A stretch of 64,000 nucleotides of DNA. Origin: Lama guanicoe. Taxonomy: Eukaryota. The notes below the pieces were generated by a model, which saw only the letters and a list, made by a program, of their open reading frames with translations, was not told where the DNA came from and searched no databases. Made by a program: the position numbers and the translations under genes. Location: positions 4,795,957 to 4,859,956 of the forward strand of contig MU053881.1 of the NCBI GenBank assembly GCA_013239625.1, in the 5' to 3' direction. Of the stretch, positions 13,140 to 27,363 are shown piece after piece (position 1 is the stretch's first letter; each line of letters begins with the position of its first letter).

Positions 13140-14160
13140 AAAAATGCAAACCACCAACTGGGGGACGACATTCACAGTAAGTATACATCCAACAAAGGGC
13201 TCACATCCAAAAATATGCGGAACTCCCACAGATCAATAAGAAAAAGACAAAAGACTTAAACAGGCACTTCACAAAAGAGGACATTGAAAAAGCCAATAAG
13301 CATTCGAAAAGTTGCTCAGTTTCGTTAGTCAGTAGGGAAAAGCAAAAGAAAACCACGCTGAGATAGCCCTACACTCCCACCAGAATGGCTTAAAATGAAA
13401 AACTGATAATACCAAGTGTTGACAAGGAGATGGAGTGGCGGGAATTCTCAAACACTGCCAGCATGAATAGAAACTGGTACAACTGTAAATTGGAAAACTG
13501 TTGAGTGAATCTACTAAAGCTTAATTTATGAACATTCTGTGGCCCAGCAATTCGACTCCTAGATATATACCCAACAGAAATGTGTACATATATTAAAAAA
13601 AAGGCACATACTAGGGTGTCCATAGCAGCCTTCACTATTCATAACAGTCAAAAACTGAAAACCACCTAAAAAGTGCACCAAGAGATAATGGGTCTAAAAA
13701 AGAATGAAATAATGCCATTTGCAGCAACATGGATGGACCTAAAGATTATGATACTAAGTGAAGTAAGTCAGACAGAGAAAGACAAATATTATATGATATC
13801 ACTTAAAAGTGGAATCTAAAAAAATAATACAAATGAACTTATTTATGAAACAGAAGAGATTCACAGTCATAGAAAACATACTTACAGTTACCAAAGGGGA
13901 TGGGAGCAATGGATACATTAGGAGTTTGGGATTAACAGATACACATTACGATATATAAAACAGATAAACAACAAAGACCTGCTGTATAACACAGGGAACT
14001 ATATTCAGTTTCCTGTAATAACATATAACGGAAAAGAATCTGAAAAGAATACACATATATGTATATGTATAACTGAATCACTTTGCCGTACACCTGAAAT
14101 TAACGTTGGAAATCAACTACACTTCAATTAAAAAACAACTTTTTTAATTAAAAATAGAAA
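13140..14160 (+). mobile_element. Old L1M fragment (~13140-13690) followed by a younger L1 3' end (~13695-14160)
   Basis: Degenerate ORF2 3' sequence, then GAATGAAATAATGCCATTTGCAGCAACATGGATGGACC... through the A-rich tail. Confidence 0.85.
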
Positions 14161-15299
14161 GAAGTGCCCAGACCTTCTAGAAGATGATGGCCACATCTAA
14201 GGAGAGGGCAGTGTCCTGAGGGTCCACGCTTGGCTGTTCTGACCACTCTTGATTCTGAATGTCCCAATGTCCCCATCCCCCACCCCACACAATTAGAAGA
14301 AAAGAGAACAACGAACCCTGGATTCCTTCTAACGAAGTGTTCATTCAGAACAGCTTTCTATGAGGGCCCTTGGCCTGGAGGAGCGGGGGAAGCAGCCCTC
14401 CCCATGCAGGAGGGCCATCTCCAGGTGACCCTGGGCTGATTAGCTAGGTCCCCAGTGTAACCGAAATGGCCAGGAGATGGAGGGCACTGGACCATTGGCT
14501 GGCAGACACCATGGCAGTGTCTAGTTCACATTATGCTAGTGTCAACCTAGCATATGGTACTAACCTGGCAAGAAAGCACAGCTAGAATCTCCCCTCCACT
14601 TCCACCGACCAATTTGCTAGTAATCAATTTCGGTATTTTTTTAAATGACAAATGAAATAAAACGGAAAGGTCCACAGGGAGTAACAAGACTTAGACCAAG
14701 GCTTTCAAGAAGCTTCAGAAATGCCTCCTCCTCTCCATGAGGGAGAAAGGTGATGTTTTCCTCTACTTAATTTGCCCACAATAATTTCTATCTATCTGGA
14801 TAAATAAACCCTGATAAATGAGAATCCAAATTTTCCCAATGCCTGCGCTTCCCCCTGGATGTTTTTGGTGGGTGGTCCTCTCTCAGCAGTTAGGGTAATC
14901 CCGATGATCCCGGGCAAGCTGGAAGGGAGCAAGTCTGTATTAAAGCCAAGAAATGATTTTCCCCCTCCAGCTTTCCAGGAGAAAGGAACGCTGTAGGGAA
15001 TTGTGAGGCTGGAAATAAAGGGAGGCTGAATCCCACCATACCTGGATGTTTGGTGGGTGTGTGCAGGCTTACGGGGTAGAGGGAGGAGGAGACTGAAAAG
15101 TTTTTATTATTGCTATTGGATTATTTTTCTTTAAAAAAAAAAGCCAGATACAACCGACTTTAATATAGAAAGAGGAAGATGAGGAGATGCTGGTGGCTGT
15201 GCTTAGACATGGAAGCTGGCCCAGGGCCTCCCGGCAGGTCGCCACATCTAAAAACACTTCAGTGCAGGGCCTGGCCTGCAGTTCTCTGCGAAGGGTTCA

Positions 15300-17550
15300 G
15301 ACCGGAAGAGAAAGCCGAGGCCGGCCCCAGGGCCTTTGCGAAGGCTGGAAGACCAGCCAGGGTTACGTCGTTCCTCTGCGCCCTGTCCTTAGGCCCGGCT
15401 GCAGTCAACTCCGACTCCAGCTCGCTGCAGGCTGGGGAGGTGAAGCCGCCAGAGGCGAGGACGGCAGCCGGCAGCCGGCAGCCGGACGTCCCACCGACCC
15501 TCAGCCCTTGGGAGTTCGCTCCTCTCCCCCGCACAAGCCGCCTGGAGACCCGGGAAACCTCACACTACCGGAGCGCGAAAGGTACCCTGGCGCCGGGTTG
15601 GCGCTTCCTGAAGCCCAGGAGGCCCTCCCCAAATAACAAAGCCGATTTTCCTCCAGACGCGGGCAAACAAGGTTGCCCACAGAGTCACCGAAGCCTAGCT
15701 CTCAGCAGCAATTTTCGTGGTTAGAGAAAAAGAAAAAAGAAACCGCGCCCTCCCCCGCGAGTGCTATGCACCCCAAGTCTCCCGCGAGGCGGGTCGCTTT
15801 CAGCCTGTGAGTTCCCTCCCGCGCCTGAGTGGGAGTTCGAAGCCCCCGCACCTTCGTCCCGCCCCCCCTCTTCGCCCCACCCTCCCGGATCCCCGAAGGG
15901 GCGTCTGGGCCTAGCCGAGGGCGCTGCGCGTGACCCCGAGCGGAAGGGCCCCAGTCTGGGTCCTAATGCGGGTGGCGTCTCCCTTGACAGGCGGCGTTTG
16001 GGGACAACAGCGGGGACGGGAGATAAGGTGACATACCAGAGCAGATTTGGCGGTGCGCGCGCTGATACTCCTCTCTCGACAGGAAACGCGGAGCTATTTA
16101 AAAGACCCTATCGATTACTTTATCTTTCCCGGAGGAAAGCTTCTTGCCGGGAGACAAAAGATGTTCCCTACCTAGAGATACAAGGCCACAGCCCTCAACA
16201 CACACAACGGAGGCTCGGCGCAGGCGACGCCCAATTAGGGCGCAGGGACGGCAGGGACACACTTACCCCGCAGAGTGCCAAGAGCCGCTCTGGAGGGCAG
16301 GAGCCGAGACGGGACCGAGGGGTACTTCACAGGATGATCTGCTGCACCCTCTGAAATTTTATTTTCTGACTTTGTGAATTTAAAACACGCACAAAGAAAG
16401 TGACTATGCACTTAAAGGACGCGTATGTGTACCCGAGCCCCTCAGCATATTTAAAGCGCACCCGCTGTGAACGTATTCCAAAGACACACGTCTCAAAAGT
16501 AAACACTCCACTGTGCTCCTTTAAAGTGCCTGAATGTCTGCAACTGTCATGTGTACACTTAAATGTGGGGACGCGTCAACGGCCCTTTATAGTGCGCTCA
16601 TTTCCCGTCTTGAATTCCCCGCACCTCGCCAGTCTGTGGGCAGCGCAGAACGCCATCACCGCTATCCTGCTGCTGACACTGAGTTAGCTCCGGAATCCCG
16701 AAGCTCTTTGGCCTCCGGGTCCCCTACGCCATGCCCCCGGGCGAGATTCTCAAAAAATACCGAGAGAACCTAACTGCACGGAATCGAATTATTTTTCTGT
16801 GCAGAAATCTGCAAGCTAGGCATTCACAAGGTGCTTCTCCCGGCTGTGCAAACTTTGCGGCTTGTGCACAGAGCAGGTTGGAAGATAAGACAGGAAGAAA
16901 GATGCTGAAAAAGGAAAGGTGGCGGGCCTAGGAAGGTTCGATCGCCCATTTCCAGCTTAAATGCAACACTGACCAGGCCGCAGAAATCCGGGAGTGGAAG
17001 CTCTGGGAGCCGCGGTGCCAGCCTGAGCCCAGGAGGCTGCACAGATCTGGGCAAGACTCTAAGATCTCTCCCGGAGGCCAGTGCCGAGGACCAAGCCGCA
17101 ACACTGCTGACTCCGCGAGCACCCCGCGCTTTGGGCAAAATCACACGTCCGCTCGCCCAGCTGGGCTTCTCCCAAAGCTTCGCACTCACTCCAAAGGTTT
17201 TTCCAAAGCCGTGGCTCCCGAGCTGTACACTCACCGGGCAGGTGTACACCGGCCCTGTAAAATCCATTTTCCTCTTCATCGGATTCCGAATCGTTGTCCA
17301 TAGGACTCGAATGTCACCTGACTTTTCCAGCTGTGAACGCGAGCGACGGGATCCTGGGGGACTGGCTGCAGTGTCTTGGTTCCCTCCGCCTCTCCGCGCT
17401 GTTTTCGCTGGAACGGTTTGCAGCAGTGAGGGGAGGGGTGGAGAACCAGGGGGAATAGAGAGGAGAAAGCATGAAATTAACACGGAACGACAACGGAAGT
17501 TTGAAAGCGATGCGCTCCGATCTGGCAAACCTTAACACGAGTTTGAAACC
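15300..17550. promoter_or_regulatory. Upstream CpG island containing AR1
   Basis: Visibly high GC and CpG density, no recognisable repeats. Confidence 0.75.
15940..16210. promoter_or_regulatory. Orthologue of the Nkx2-5 distal cardiac enhancer AR1 (~-9 kb in mouse)
   Basis: About 10.7 kb upstream of the ATG. CTAATG 15963, TGACAG 15985, AGATAA 16021 overlapping AGGTGA 16026, TGATA 16063, MEF2-like CTATTTAAAA 16094-16103, TTATCT 16120. Matches my recollection of the mouse AR1 core. Confidence 0.8.
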
Positions 17551-18189
17551 GGATCATATCTATGCACACAGGATAAATTCCGTTTTAGAAACATGCCCCC
17601 CCAAAGCATGAGAAAGTGACTTACACAAAGATACTGGTAACAAAAACTGTCAAGTGCAAAAATGCAAAGGAATCGGGAAAGGTAGTTGCTCTCAGAAAAA
17701 GACAAAAACAAAAATTAAAAAACAATGTACTTGTTTGCTTACATTTGCAGGAAATGTCTCCAGAAGGGTACTTTTTTTTTTTTAAAGCCGGTGACTGCCT
17801 GGATTGGGGTAAGAATTAACTGGGAAGGAGCAGAAGGAAACCATTTGTGGTGACGCAAATGTTTTTGTATCTTGATTGTGGTGGTCCTTACACAGGTTTA
17901 TTCATGTGTCAGGACTCATCGATTGTGTTTTGTTGTAGATACATTATGCCTCGATAAAGTTGATTTTAAAAATAAATAAACCCAGATACAACTTTGTGTT
18001 TAATGAAACTGGGTGGCGGGGGGAGAGTCCTGGGATGCTTTACATTGTATGTCTCTTTTCATGTGTTTATTTTGGCATTTTGTCGTTTTGTTTTTATGGT
18101 GTATTACTTACTCAAAATATGTAAGTAGGGTATTCAGTGATGTGAATATAAAACAATTGTTAAGGAAACCAACAAAAGCAAGACAGAGA

Positions 18190-18300
18190 TGCCAATATGA
18201 AAACGAATATATGTATGTATATGCATGACTGGGACATTGTGCTGTACACCAGAAACTGACACAGTGTAACTGACTGTAGTTCAATTAAAAAAAAAAAAAA
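18190..18300 (+). mobile_element. Very short L1 3' tip with poly(A); similar tips at ~2510-2620, ~38850-38905 and ~49395-49480
   Basis: ATGCATGACTGGGACATTGTGCTGTACACCAGAAACTGACACA...TTCAATT followed by an A run. Confidence 0.8.
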
Positions 18301-19599
18301 GAACAGAAGATGCTTATATACTCCCTTGTAGGGATTTTTAAAAAGCATGCATTGTCCAAGCCCAGAAAATAGTTTGAAAGAGGAAACATCTTTAATGTCC
18401 AGATTTGTTTCTTTTGTTTTTGGGTCATATGTTTCAGACATCAACATAAATGAGGACCTAGAACTTTTCCGGTGTTTATGTGTGGTGTGGGTGGCTGTCA
18501 TCTCCTCGAGGACTGGAGGCCAGCCACAGAGAGCTCCACACAAGGCCACAGGAGGTTTTCCTGGCTGGTTTATCCCTGCTCCCCAGAGTAGCATGCTATC
18601 CCGCTATCCTGCTTGGAGCAAAGACGAGATGGCCCGCTGCGCTGTCCGGAGAAGGCCAGATGCCCCGGGCAGGCGTGCTTCACACTGGGAGAGCCCTCCC
18701 AGGGGTCAAAGCAGGGCCTCCCAGAGGCTAAGCAGGCGAATGAGAGGCCCCAGACCTCGCAGCCTCTGTGGAACCCTATGGGGCTGGCAGTCTGGGACCA
18801 ATGACTGGGAGGGTACCGACTCTGGGAGAAGCAGATATGAAATACCTCCATGTATTGCCCTGCAAGACAGGGAAGAGTCACTTTGGCCTTATTCAGACAG
18901 GTTCCAGATCTGGTTTGGATTCAGAGCTATTTCACAGAGAGTTTTGAAGGCAGGCCCTCAAGAAGACAGATGGACAGTGGGTCCAAGGCTGGGGGCCAGG
19001 GAAACTAGGACTTGCCAGACTCCTCTGCTGGCCTGGGGGCAGGGCCTGGGTGGGGTTACCAAGCCTTCCAGCCAGCCTCGTCTACTGTCCTACTCACAGC
19101 CACCCAGACCCACAGCACCTTCAAGCAGCAAGCCAAGGCATTGGTTAATTTAATGGAGCTGCATTCCCAGTGACCCCAAAACTAGTGTCTAGCCCCGGGA
19201 CCAAAGCACAAGTCAAGGGAAATCATGAGGGCAAACATGAGTTTGCTGAGTGGTAACAGGGACCATTGACATCCTGTCCCTGGATAGTGCTGGACCAAAA
19301 AGCCACCCCACTGCTCTCTCTCTGATGCTCCTCTGACCACCCTACTCGGTCTTCCTACCACTGATGACTTAGCTCCAGTTCCCTCTGGGAAAGTGGAGAT
19401 TTCATTGGCCGGCTGCACAGGAGGAAGTTTCAAGCTATATACACCTTTGATTTGCAAACTCCAACATGAAGGGTGGGGCCCAAAAATGTGCATTTTTAAC
19501 ATGTACCCCAGGTGATTCTGGCCCAGATGTTTCTAGATGTTTCTATAGTCCAGATGTCTCTTCCCTTCTACAAAGGCACAATTTGATTCACTATGTTTG

Positions 19600-20700
19600 G
19601 GGTTTGCCTTGATTGTGTTTTTTTTAATCTTTTTAAGGCAATATATGCATGTGGTAAACAACAAAACAAAATTAAAAAAAGAGGAAATTGTCCTTAAAAA
19701 TGTACTAAAAATGTCACGTTTTTATTCTTGACCATCCCCCCTCATTCTTCCCCCGTTTCATTACCATTTTGTTTATCCTTCAAAAAATCCATAGAACCAT
19801 ACATATGTACATATGCCCATATTTAAAATACAAATTCTGCATCTGGATTTAATACTTAATGTGCCTCAAAATGTATCCATAAGAATACATATAATGTAAC
19901 AAACTCTTTCTCATGGCTGCTAGTATTCTGTTCCATCGGCGAACATAATTTTTTTAACCAGTCCTCCAAGATAGATATATATTACGGGTTTTTTTCTAAT
20001 GTTTTGATTCTTTAAAAAAATTTTTTTAATTGCAATAAAGATACTTCTTTTTCCATACAGGTGCTCATACAGAATAGAGTCTTAGAAGTGGAAATACTTG
20101 TTCAAAGGGCTTAAACGTTTTTAATTTTGATAGTACTAAATTGTTCCAAGGAGGTTTACCAATTAACTTTCAATCAACAACGTAAAAGGGTGTTTAGGTA
20201 AGGTAATTATCAAACTTTGCGATCTTTGCCAATCTGATAAGTGAAAAAGTTGCCTCTTTGTTTTTAAATTTCTTTCTTCCTTTCTTTTTTCTTTCTTTCT
20301 CCCTTTCTTTCTTTCTCCAGCAAAGTTCTGCTACTCTTGGCCAATTTCAATTAAATGTTGCATCATTTTCTAATTCATTTACAGAAACTCTTTCCATATT
20401 GTGTAACTCAGTAGGGTTTTTGGTCATTATTTCAAGCATTTAAACTGTGTGTCATTTTTCTCTTTGATTCTATTCTGTTTTGCTTTGTTTTATTTTTCTG
20501 TACACAAGTTATTTTTATGCCATCAGGTTATATAATTCACCTTTTATAATTCTAGGTCTTTAGTGCTCCTCATTCACCCTCCTAAATATATAACCACTCC
20601 AAAATTACTATCTTAATTGTTATGTTTCAGTTTTTAAGTCTAAATTTTTAATCTATCTGGAATTACATGTATTTGATGTAAGAATAATCCATTTCCCTTT
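19600..20700 (-). mobile_element. Ancient L1M fragment
   Basis: AT-rich degenerate antisense L1 3' sequence, e.g. CTTAGAAGTGGAAATACTTG and TTTGCCAATCTGATAAGTGAAAAA. Confidence 0.6.
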
Positions 20701-21794
20701 CCCTAATGTCACTTTCACTTTATTTCGAGTATGTCTTGCTGTATGGACCCCAAAACAGTGTAAACTGACGATAGATAGGGACCTTATTTCCCATCTTTCC
20801 AGTTTCACTTTGCAGATTAGACAACCACCAACATGCTGCTCCACCCCTCCCCACCGCCCAGGTGAGTCCAGGTAACAATAGGGAATGTTTCCCAGAATAG
20901 CACAACTAGGAAGAGAACTTAGGTACACCCAAAATCACCAAGGAAACAAACATGAAATCAGTGAGAGAGGAAAAAGGATGTGCTGCAGAAGAGCCAATCA
21001 GTGAGGGAAGCAGGACCAGAACCCAGTACTAGCTCATAGTCTAGCACTCATTCTGGCACAACTCTGCCTCCTTCAAGGTCTGTGTGTCATGGACTGTGCA
21101 ACCCCAGCACCTGGTGCATGGTGGCCACCCAGTCAAGGTGGGTAAAGAGAAACAGAAATCAGCCCAAGTTTCCCATAGTGACTAGGCTATGGGGTCACTT
21201 GGTGGCTGGGTGGAAGTTCAGGCCTGCTCTTCTAGCCTTTCCCCTCACTGCTCACCACGCCTCAACACACTTATACATACCTGCACATAATATTCACCAG
21301 CCAGCTGGGTCTGCCCACTGCTATCCCCTTCTGTGGGCTCCAAGCCCTTCTTATGGCTGAGCAACTTTGGATGGACAGCCTTTAATGCAGCTCAGGGGAC
21401 TTCCTGCCTGATCCAGCTGGCTAGCCAAGGCTAAACCCTGGGGCAAAGGAAGCCAAAAGCCTGACAGATTACAGGGGCCTTAGGGACATGAAGATAGTAT
21501 TTCCAGGACTCTGCTCAGACCGCCCAAAGAGCAGAACCAGCTATATCGTTGGTGGGGCCCGCTGCAAAATGAAAACGTGGAGCCTCTTGTTCCAAATGTA
21601 GCAAGAATTTTAAGACAGCAACAGCAGAACACGGGGGCTTTTCTAGGTAAGTTCAGGCCCTGTGTGACTGCACAGTTGGCATACCCATGAAGTCAGCATT
21701 CAAGGAAGGACAGGGTTAATTGTAGGGGAAGGCAGGAGAAGGGTCCTCCCCAGGCCTCTAAAGGTTCAGAGTTTAGGGCAGAAGTGGCCTGGGA

Positions 21795-22385
21795 GATTAT
21801 TCATAGCAGCCAAAAGGTGGAAGCAACCCAAATGTCCATCAACTGATAAATGTAGAAACAAAATGTGGTATAGCCATACAATAGGATATCATTCTGCCAT
21901 AAAAAGGAACAAATCTGGGAGTTTGATATTTGCAAATGTTAGCCACTATATCTAAAAATAGATTACAAAAACAAATCTCTTCTGTACAGCACAGGGAACT
22001 ATATTCAATATCTTGTAATAACCTTTAATGAAAAAGAACATGGAAATGAATATATGTATGTATATGCATGACTGGGACATTGGGCTGTTCATCAGAAACT
22101 GACACATTGTAATTGACTATACTTCAATTTTTTTAAAAGAGGAACAAATTACTGATACATGCCACAGCATGGAGGAACCTTGAAAATGGGAGATGGTGGG
22201 GAGGGAGGGTTGATGGCTAAAGCCTACAGATTCTTTTGGGGGTGATGAGAATGTCCTAGAATTAATTGTGGGATGATTGCAGTACTTTGTGAACATACTA
22301 AAAGTCACTGAATTGTATACTTTAATGGATGAATTATATGGTAGGTAAATTATATCTATTATATCTCAATAAAGTTGTTACCAAA
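21795..22385 (+). mobile_element. Old L1M 3' end with a nested younger L1 tail (~21915-22136)
   Basis: ATTCATAGCAGCCAAAAGGTGGAAGCAACCCAAATGTCC...; nested tail flanked by GGAACAAAT repeats. Confidence 0.82.
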
Positions 22386-22387
22386 TA

Positions 22388-22540
22388 AGAAGAGAAGGGG
22401 GAGGAGGAGATGGGGGAGGAGGAGGAAATAGAGGGGATAATGGAGGAGTGGAGGAGGGGGAGGAAGAGAAGGAGGAGGTGGAGGAGGTGGAAGAGAGAAT
22501 AGAGGAGGAGCAATCTTAAATTTCTCTTTCTCTCTCTCTC
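22388..22540 (+). repeat. GGA-rich purine tract followed by a short (CT)n
   Basis: Seen directly at the tail of the L1 fragment. Confidence 0.85.
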
Positions 22541-23139
22541 ACACGAACTTTTTGCCAGAAGCCCCCTCGTCCATGAAGGTTTTGGCGAACCCAGCATCCC
22601 AAATCCAACAGCCTGCTCCTCCTCTCTAGCTGCGGGGTGTGTGTGTTTGGGGAGGGGATAGTGTTTTGCTTCCTCTCCAATTAATTGGCTCTAGGAGGCA
22701 GCGACGTACAATTTAAAAAAAAATCACAGCTCTGTAGTTAGTTCTGTGTTCGAATCCTGACACTATCACTTCCCACCTGTGTGACCCTGAGCAAGTCATT
22801 TCACCTCTCTGAGCCTCTTTCTCCTCTGCTGCGCAATCGAGATAAGCGGATCAGCGATGACGGTCGAGAGTGTATGGCTCTCCCAGTGGGAGCGCAATAA
22901 ATTGGAACCGGCTGAGCCACCTGAATAAGGAGAATGCCGGGCAGGAAAAATCCGCTGCCGCTGAGGCCGCCCGGACTCTTCTGGAGCCCAGGGCGAGGGA
23001 GGCAGCCCCCAGAGTCGCCCCCCACTCCCAAACCCGGGCCCGGCCCGGAAGGAAGCCGGGACGGTTGAGAGGCCCCGAGGCCGGCCGGGCCGGGGAGCCC
23101 GGGCGAGGGCCGGGAGCCGGGCTGCAGCCGCCGCTACTC

Positions 23140-23640
23140 ATCCATCAGCTGGACGAAGAGCAGAGGCGCGCTCTCGGCCCACTGTTTGCTTTCTCGCCAA
23201 TTATTGCCGCGCCGTGGCCCCTTTGTTGATACAGTAGTCCGAAAAAGTGCTAATGTTCATTTATCAGGGGGCCTGCCGGGGACTCCCACGAGTTGCGATT
23301 CTTCCCAAAATATAAACACGGGGCGAGCGTCCCAGACAGAAACCCCCATCTGTTTCCCCGGCGCGGGCCGAGAGCGAGGCGTTGTTGAAGATAAAGCCGA
23401 GGATAACGCCGCCTGTCTCCAATGGACGTCTCCCCGGCGCATTAATGACATTCCCGGTGATAGTTCCAGCTTATCTTTCAATTAATCATATATACCTTTC
23501 GCGGCCGGCCCTGCTTATTGCAGGAAAATGCGGGCCGGCTCAGGCCGCTCCGATCGCTTTTCAATTAATAATATTTTATGTGCGCAGAATGCGCGCAAGT
23601 CATCCTGGAATTTGGCTCATATTAAGCACCGACTCTTTAA
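23140..23640. promoter_or_regulatory. Orthologue of the Nkx2-5 enhancer AR2 (GATA/Smad, ~-3 kb in mouse)
   Basis: About 3.2-3.7 kb upstream of the ATG. GATA sites TTATCA 23261, AGATAA 23389, GGATAA 23401, TGATAG 23458, TTATCT 23471; AAAGTG 23244; CTAATG 23250; Smad CAGAC 23333; FOX-type TAAACA 23313; CATTCC 23449. Confidence 0.8.
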
Positions 23641-24265
23641 AAGGCAAGGAAATGGACAGATTTTCGGTCTCTCCTCTCTGCCTCCTTTTGTCTTTCTCTA
23701 GACTGAAGGTTGTTTGTTTGTCCTGCTAGTTTGGCCAAAGTACCGCTTAAAGAGGCGGCCAGGTTGGGTCAGTCGCGCTTGGGACGGGAGATGCACCCCT
23801 GGTGGGACTAGAGAATCAAGTTTCATCCCTTCCCATCCCCAACCACTGCAACTTCTATTTAAAGAAAACAAAACAAAACAAAAACATTTTTTTAACTCAC
23901 TCAAATTGTGAGGACTGAAAGGAAAAGTTAGAAATTGCTCTTGGACATTTCTCTGCAGAGACCAACATGGGTTGCCCCAATTTTGAGTTTTGCACGTGTT
24001 TATCCGGTTTTGCCCCCGGTTTCCTCTCTGGCCTGTTTTAGAGTCAAGAGAAATTATTACCAATTCACAGAGGGTGCAGGGGGTGGAAAAGTCACTGATT
24101 TTGTCCGAAAAGGGAGGGTTTTCTTTTCTCCCCTTTTCATGACACCTGACCCACAAGTCTGTCAGCTCTGGGAACCCCCATATCCGAAAATATGTGATAA
24201 ATCTTCATCTCCTTGATTTGCAGAGGAAATGCTGATTTTTTTTCATCCTCCAGAGCTCTCTCTTG

Positions 24266-24286
24266 ACACACACACACACACACACA
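24266..24286 (+). repeat. (CA)n microsatellite; also (TA)n 4952-4975, (TG)n 36029-36054 and a CT-rich tract 10115-10235
   Basis: Seen directly. Confidence 0.9.
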
Positions 24287-26449
24287 TACAACTAAAAACA
24301 GGGATGCCGGACGCAGCCTCGATGTCCCCCATTAAACGGTAATATTTCAGGCGTCAGCTCACACTAATCTTTCAAACTGTCATCGCGAGCCGCCAGGCCA
24401 CCCCATTCACTTCGCAGCGCTCCCAGGACCCTCGCTCCGAGCTCTTTTCAGTGAGACGTTTAATTGAATCGGATGTGGCTCGTTTGCCAGACGTCACCGC
24501 CTCGGCGATAGGCATTCTCTCCCACTCCCCAAAAACATTTTTCAAAGGCGAAGCAGGCCCCCAAGCTAGGTTAGTTGAGGGCAGTAACTAACATTGGCCA
24601 AAAGCCGCGGTGAGGTACGGCCGCCCAAAGAGAGGCCACTGATCTGCAGATCCGTCGAGGGAGAACCTAGGTTGGAAGGCTGGGAGGTGTGCTGGTGCAG
24701 AGGGCTCCTGGGGCTTTGAGAACGACCCCACATCTCTGCGTAGAGATGCCCACAAAAAAAAGACATCTCTACGCAGACCAAGCTAATAATCCCAGAACCT
24801 CGCATTGCCGCCGGCTTGAAGACGTGAAGCGAGATTCTGCCTCTGTGGAGGGGGCCTGGTTCTGGCGGCTGGCGGCTGGCGCCTGGAAGCCGGGGTCGGA
24901 GTGCTCCGAGCCTCTGCAACCGACCACCGTGCTGGGCTCCGCTCTCCTTTGCCTAGGCCGGGGTCCACAAGCCCTGCTTGCAAGTATGGGCTTGATGAAG
25001 GGCTGGTAAAGTCCCAACGTTAGGCCTATGCTTGACTCCACTCGCTTCCTTCCCAGTGGCCCTGCCTGATGGCTCACCATCAGGCTTGAGCACCCTAAGG
25101 CTCACTTTCTGGGCCTGCTTTGTACATTTCCTGGGCGCCTTGAGTGCATATTCTGGACTCTAAGGCCCAGAAGCCGTCACCTTGGCATGTTTTTGGCCCT
25201 ACGCACCTTTCTTCTAGTCCAAAACACTTCTTCCCCAGTTCACAACTCGCCCTCCACAAGGAGCTGAGTCATACAAATCTCCATTGCCAGAAAGTCTGCG
25301 TGCTCCACTTGGACTTCCCCTGCAGAAGCTGGAGTCTTGGGAAATCCACGTTATTCCCCTGAAAAGCCTCTCCATCTCCAAAGATAGGGTAAGGCAGCGA
25401 CCTTAACCTGGGACCGTTTTGTTCGCCCAGATCCTTCCTCCCTGAAATTGTACACAAAACAGAGAACTTCTCTGCAGTGTTTCAGGGGCATGGAGTGGAG
25501 AAGGCCTCCCAAGCTTTCATCACATCTCCTGAGGGACCCAGAGGGATGAGGCGGACCAGTGCTAGATTGGCCAGGTAGCTTGTTCTCCTGAAACACTGAC
25601 AGATTTGTCTGACAGAAGATACCTACTTTACTGACCCTGGGCTAAAAATTAACACCCTGGCCCTTCCCCCATAGGCCTGGCCAGGCCGCTGCCACGGCGC
25701 CCCACTCGGAGCCCGCCCAGAGAAATCTTGGCTGCGCTGGACTCAGAGGAGCCCCGCCTGCCCGAGACCTAAACCTGAGCTGAGGCCTGAGGCCCTGGTG
25801 CTGACAAAGGTCTGGGGGCCTTGCTGCCAGGCAGGGAGGGCAGGAATGACCCGCCTCCATAACTGGAGACACTAGGCCACTGGAAGCTAGAATGGCCTAG
25901 AAGACAGCTCTCTTCTGGCAAGCTGAGTACACCAGCTGGGATTCTGGATTTGTTTCATTATTAAGGGGAGGGTCATCTCTCTGGGAGGAGACTGGTAGTG
26001 ACTGGTGTCTCCAGGAGTTGTGTTTGTGTTACTTGCAGGTCTGTAGGAGGTGGCCACCCCCATCCCACAACCATCAACCTTGCTTTTCAGCTTGACTCAC
26101 TCAGGAATCCCCAGGGTCTGGCCTTTTGGAGAAGGGCAGACTACTAGGGCATGAGTGGCCTGGTAAGTCAAGCCACACAGAATCCCCAAATTATCCAGAA
26201 TGTCCCGCTCCTGCCATCAACCCAGAGCAAACCCTCTCCCCATGCTTTTCTTATTCAGACTCTTTCAAGCGAACACAGTCAGTAATAAAGCGTTTTCGAC
26301 TCCTGGAAATAACTCCATTTCTTCAGCCTCCCATCCAATCCTTCACTCTCCTATTCAGTTTCAGGTACTGAGGAACATTTCTTCAAATCCCAGATCCACC
26401 CAACTCAGCCCAAAAGCCGGATTCAGAGAATAATCAGATCCTTTCCTGT

Positions 26450-27363
<914 letters not shown>

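Larger units (their letters stand above)
22850..24980. promoter_or_regulatory. CpG-rich upstream region (AR2 plus a block at ~24300-24520)
   Basis: CpG-dense segments at 22850-23620 and 24300-24980, with TAAT/ATTA motifs and a CRE-like GACGTCA at ~24490. Confidence 0.65.

Noticed and set aside
18347..19153. 268-aa ORF, and similar long ORFs at 16824-17528 (-), 15761-16354, 15179-15724 and 7323-7967
   Set aside because: No recognisable domain; Arg/Pro/Gly/Ser-rich or running through A tracts, as expected by chance in GC-rich or repeat-containing DNA. A homology search was not possible.
20720..20850. Possible orthologue of the ~-6 kb GATA-Smad enhancer (GATAGATAG, GTCT, AGAC)
   Set aside because: Position is compatible but the motifs are short, border an old L1 fragment, and I cannot match the sequence to the mouse element without an alignment.
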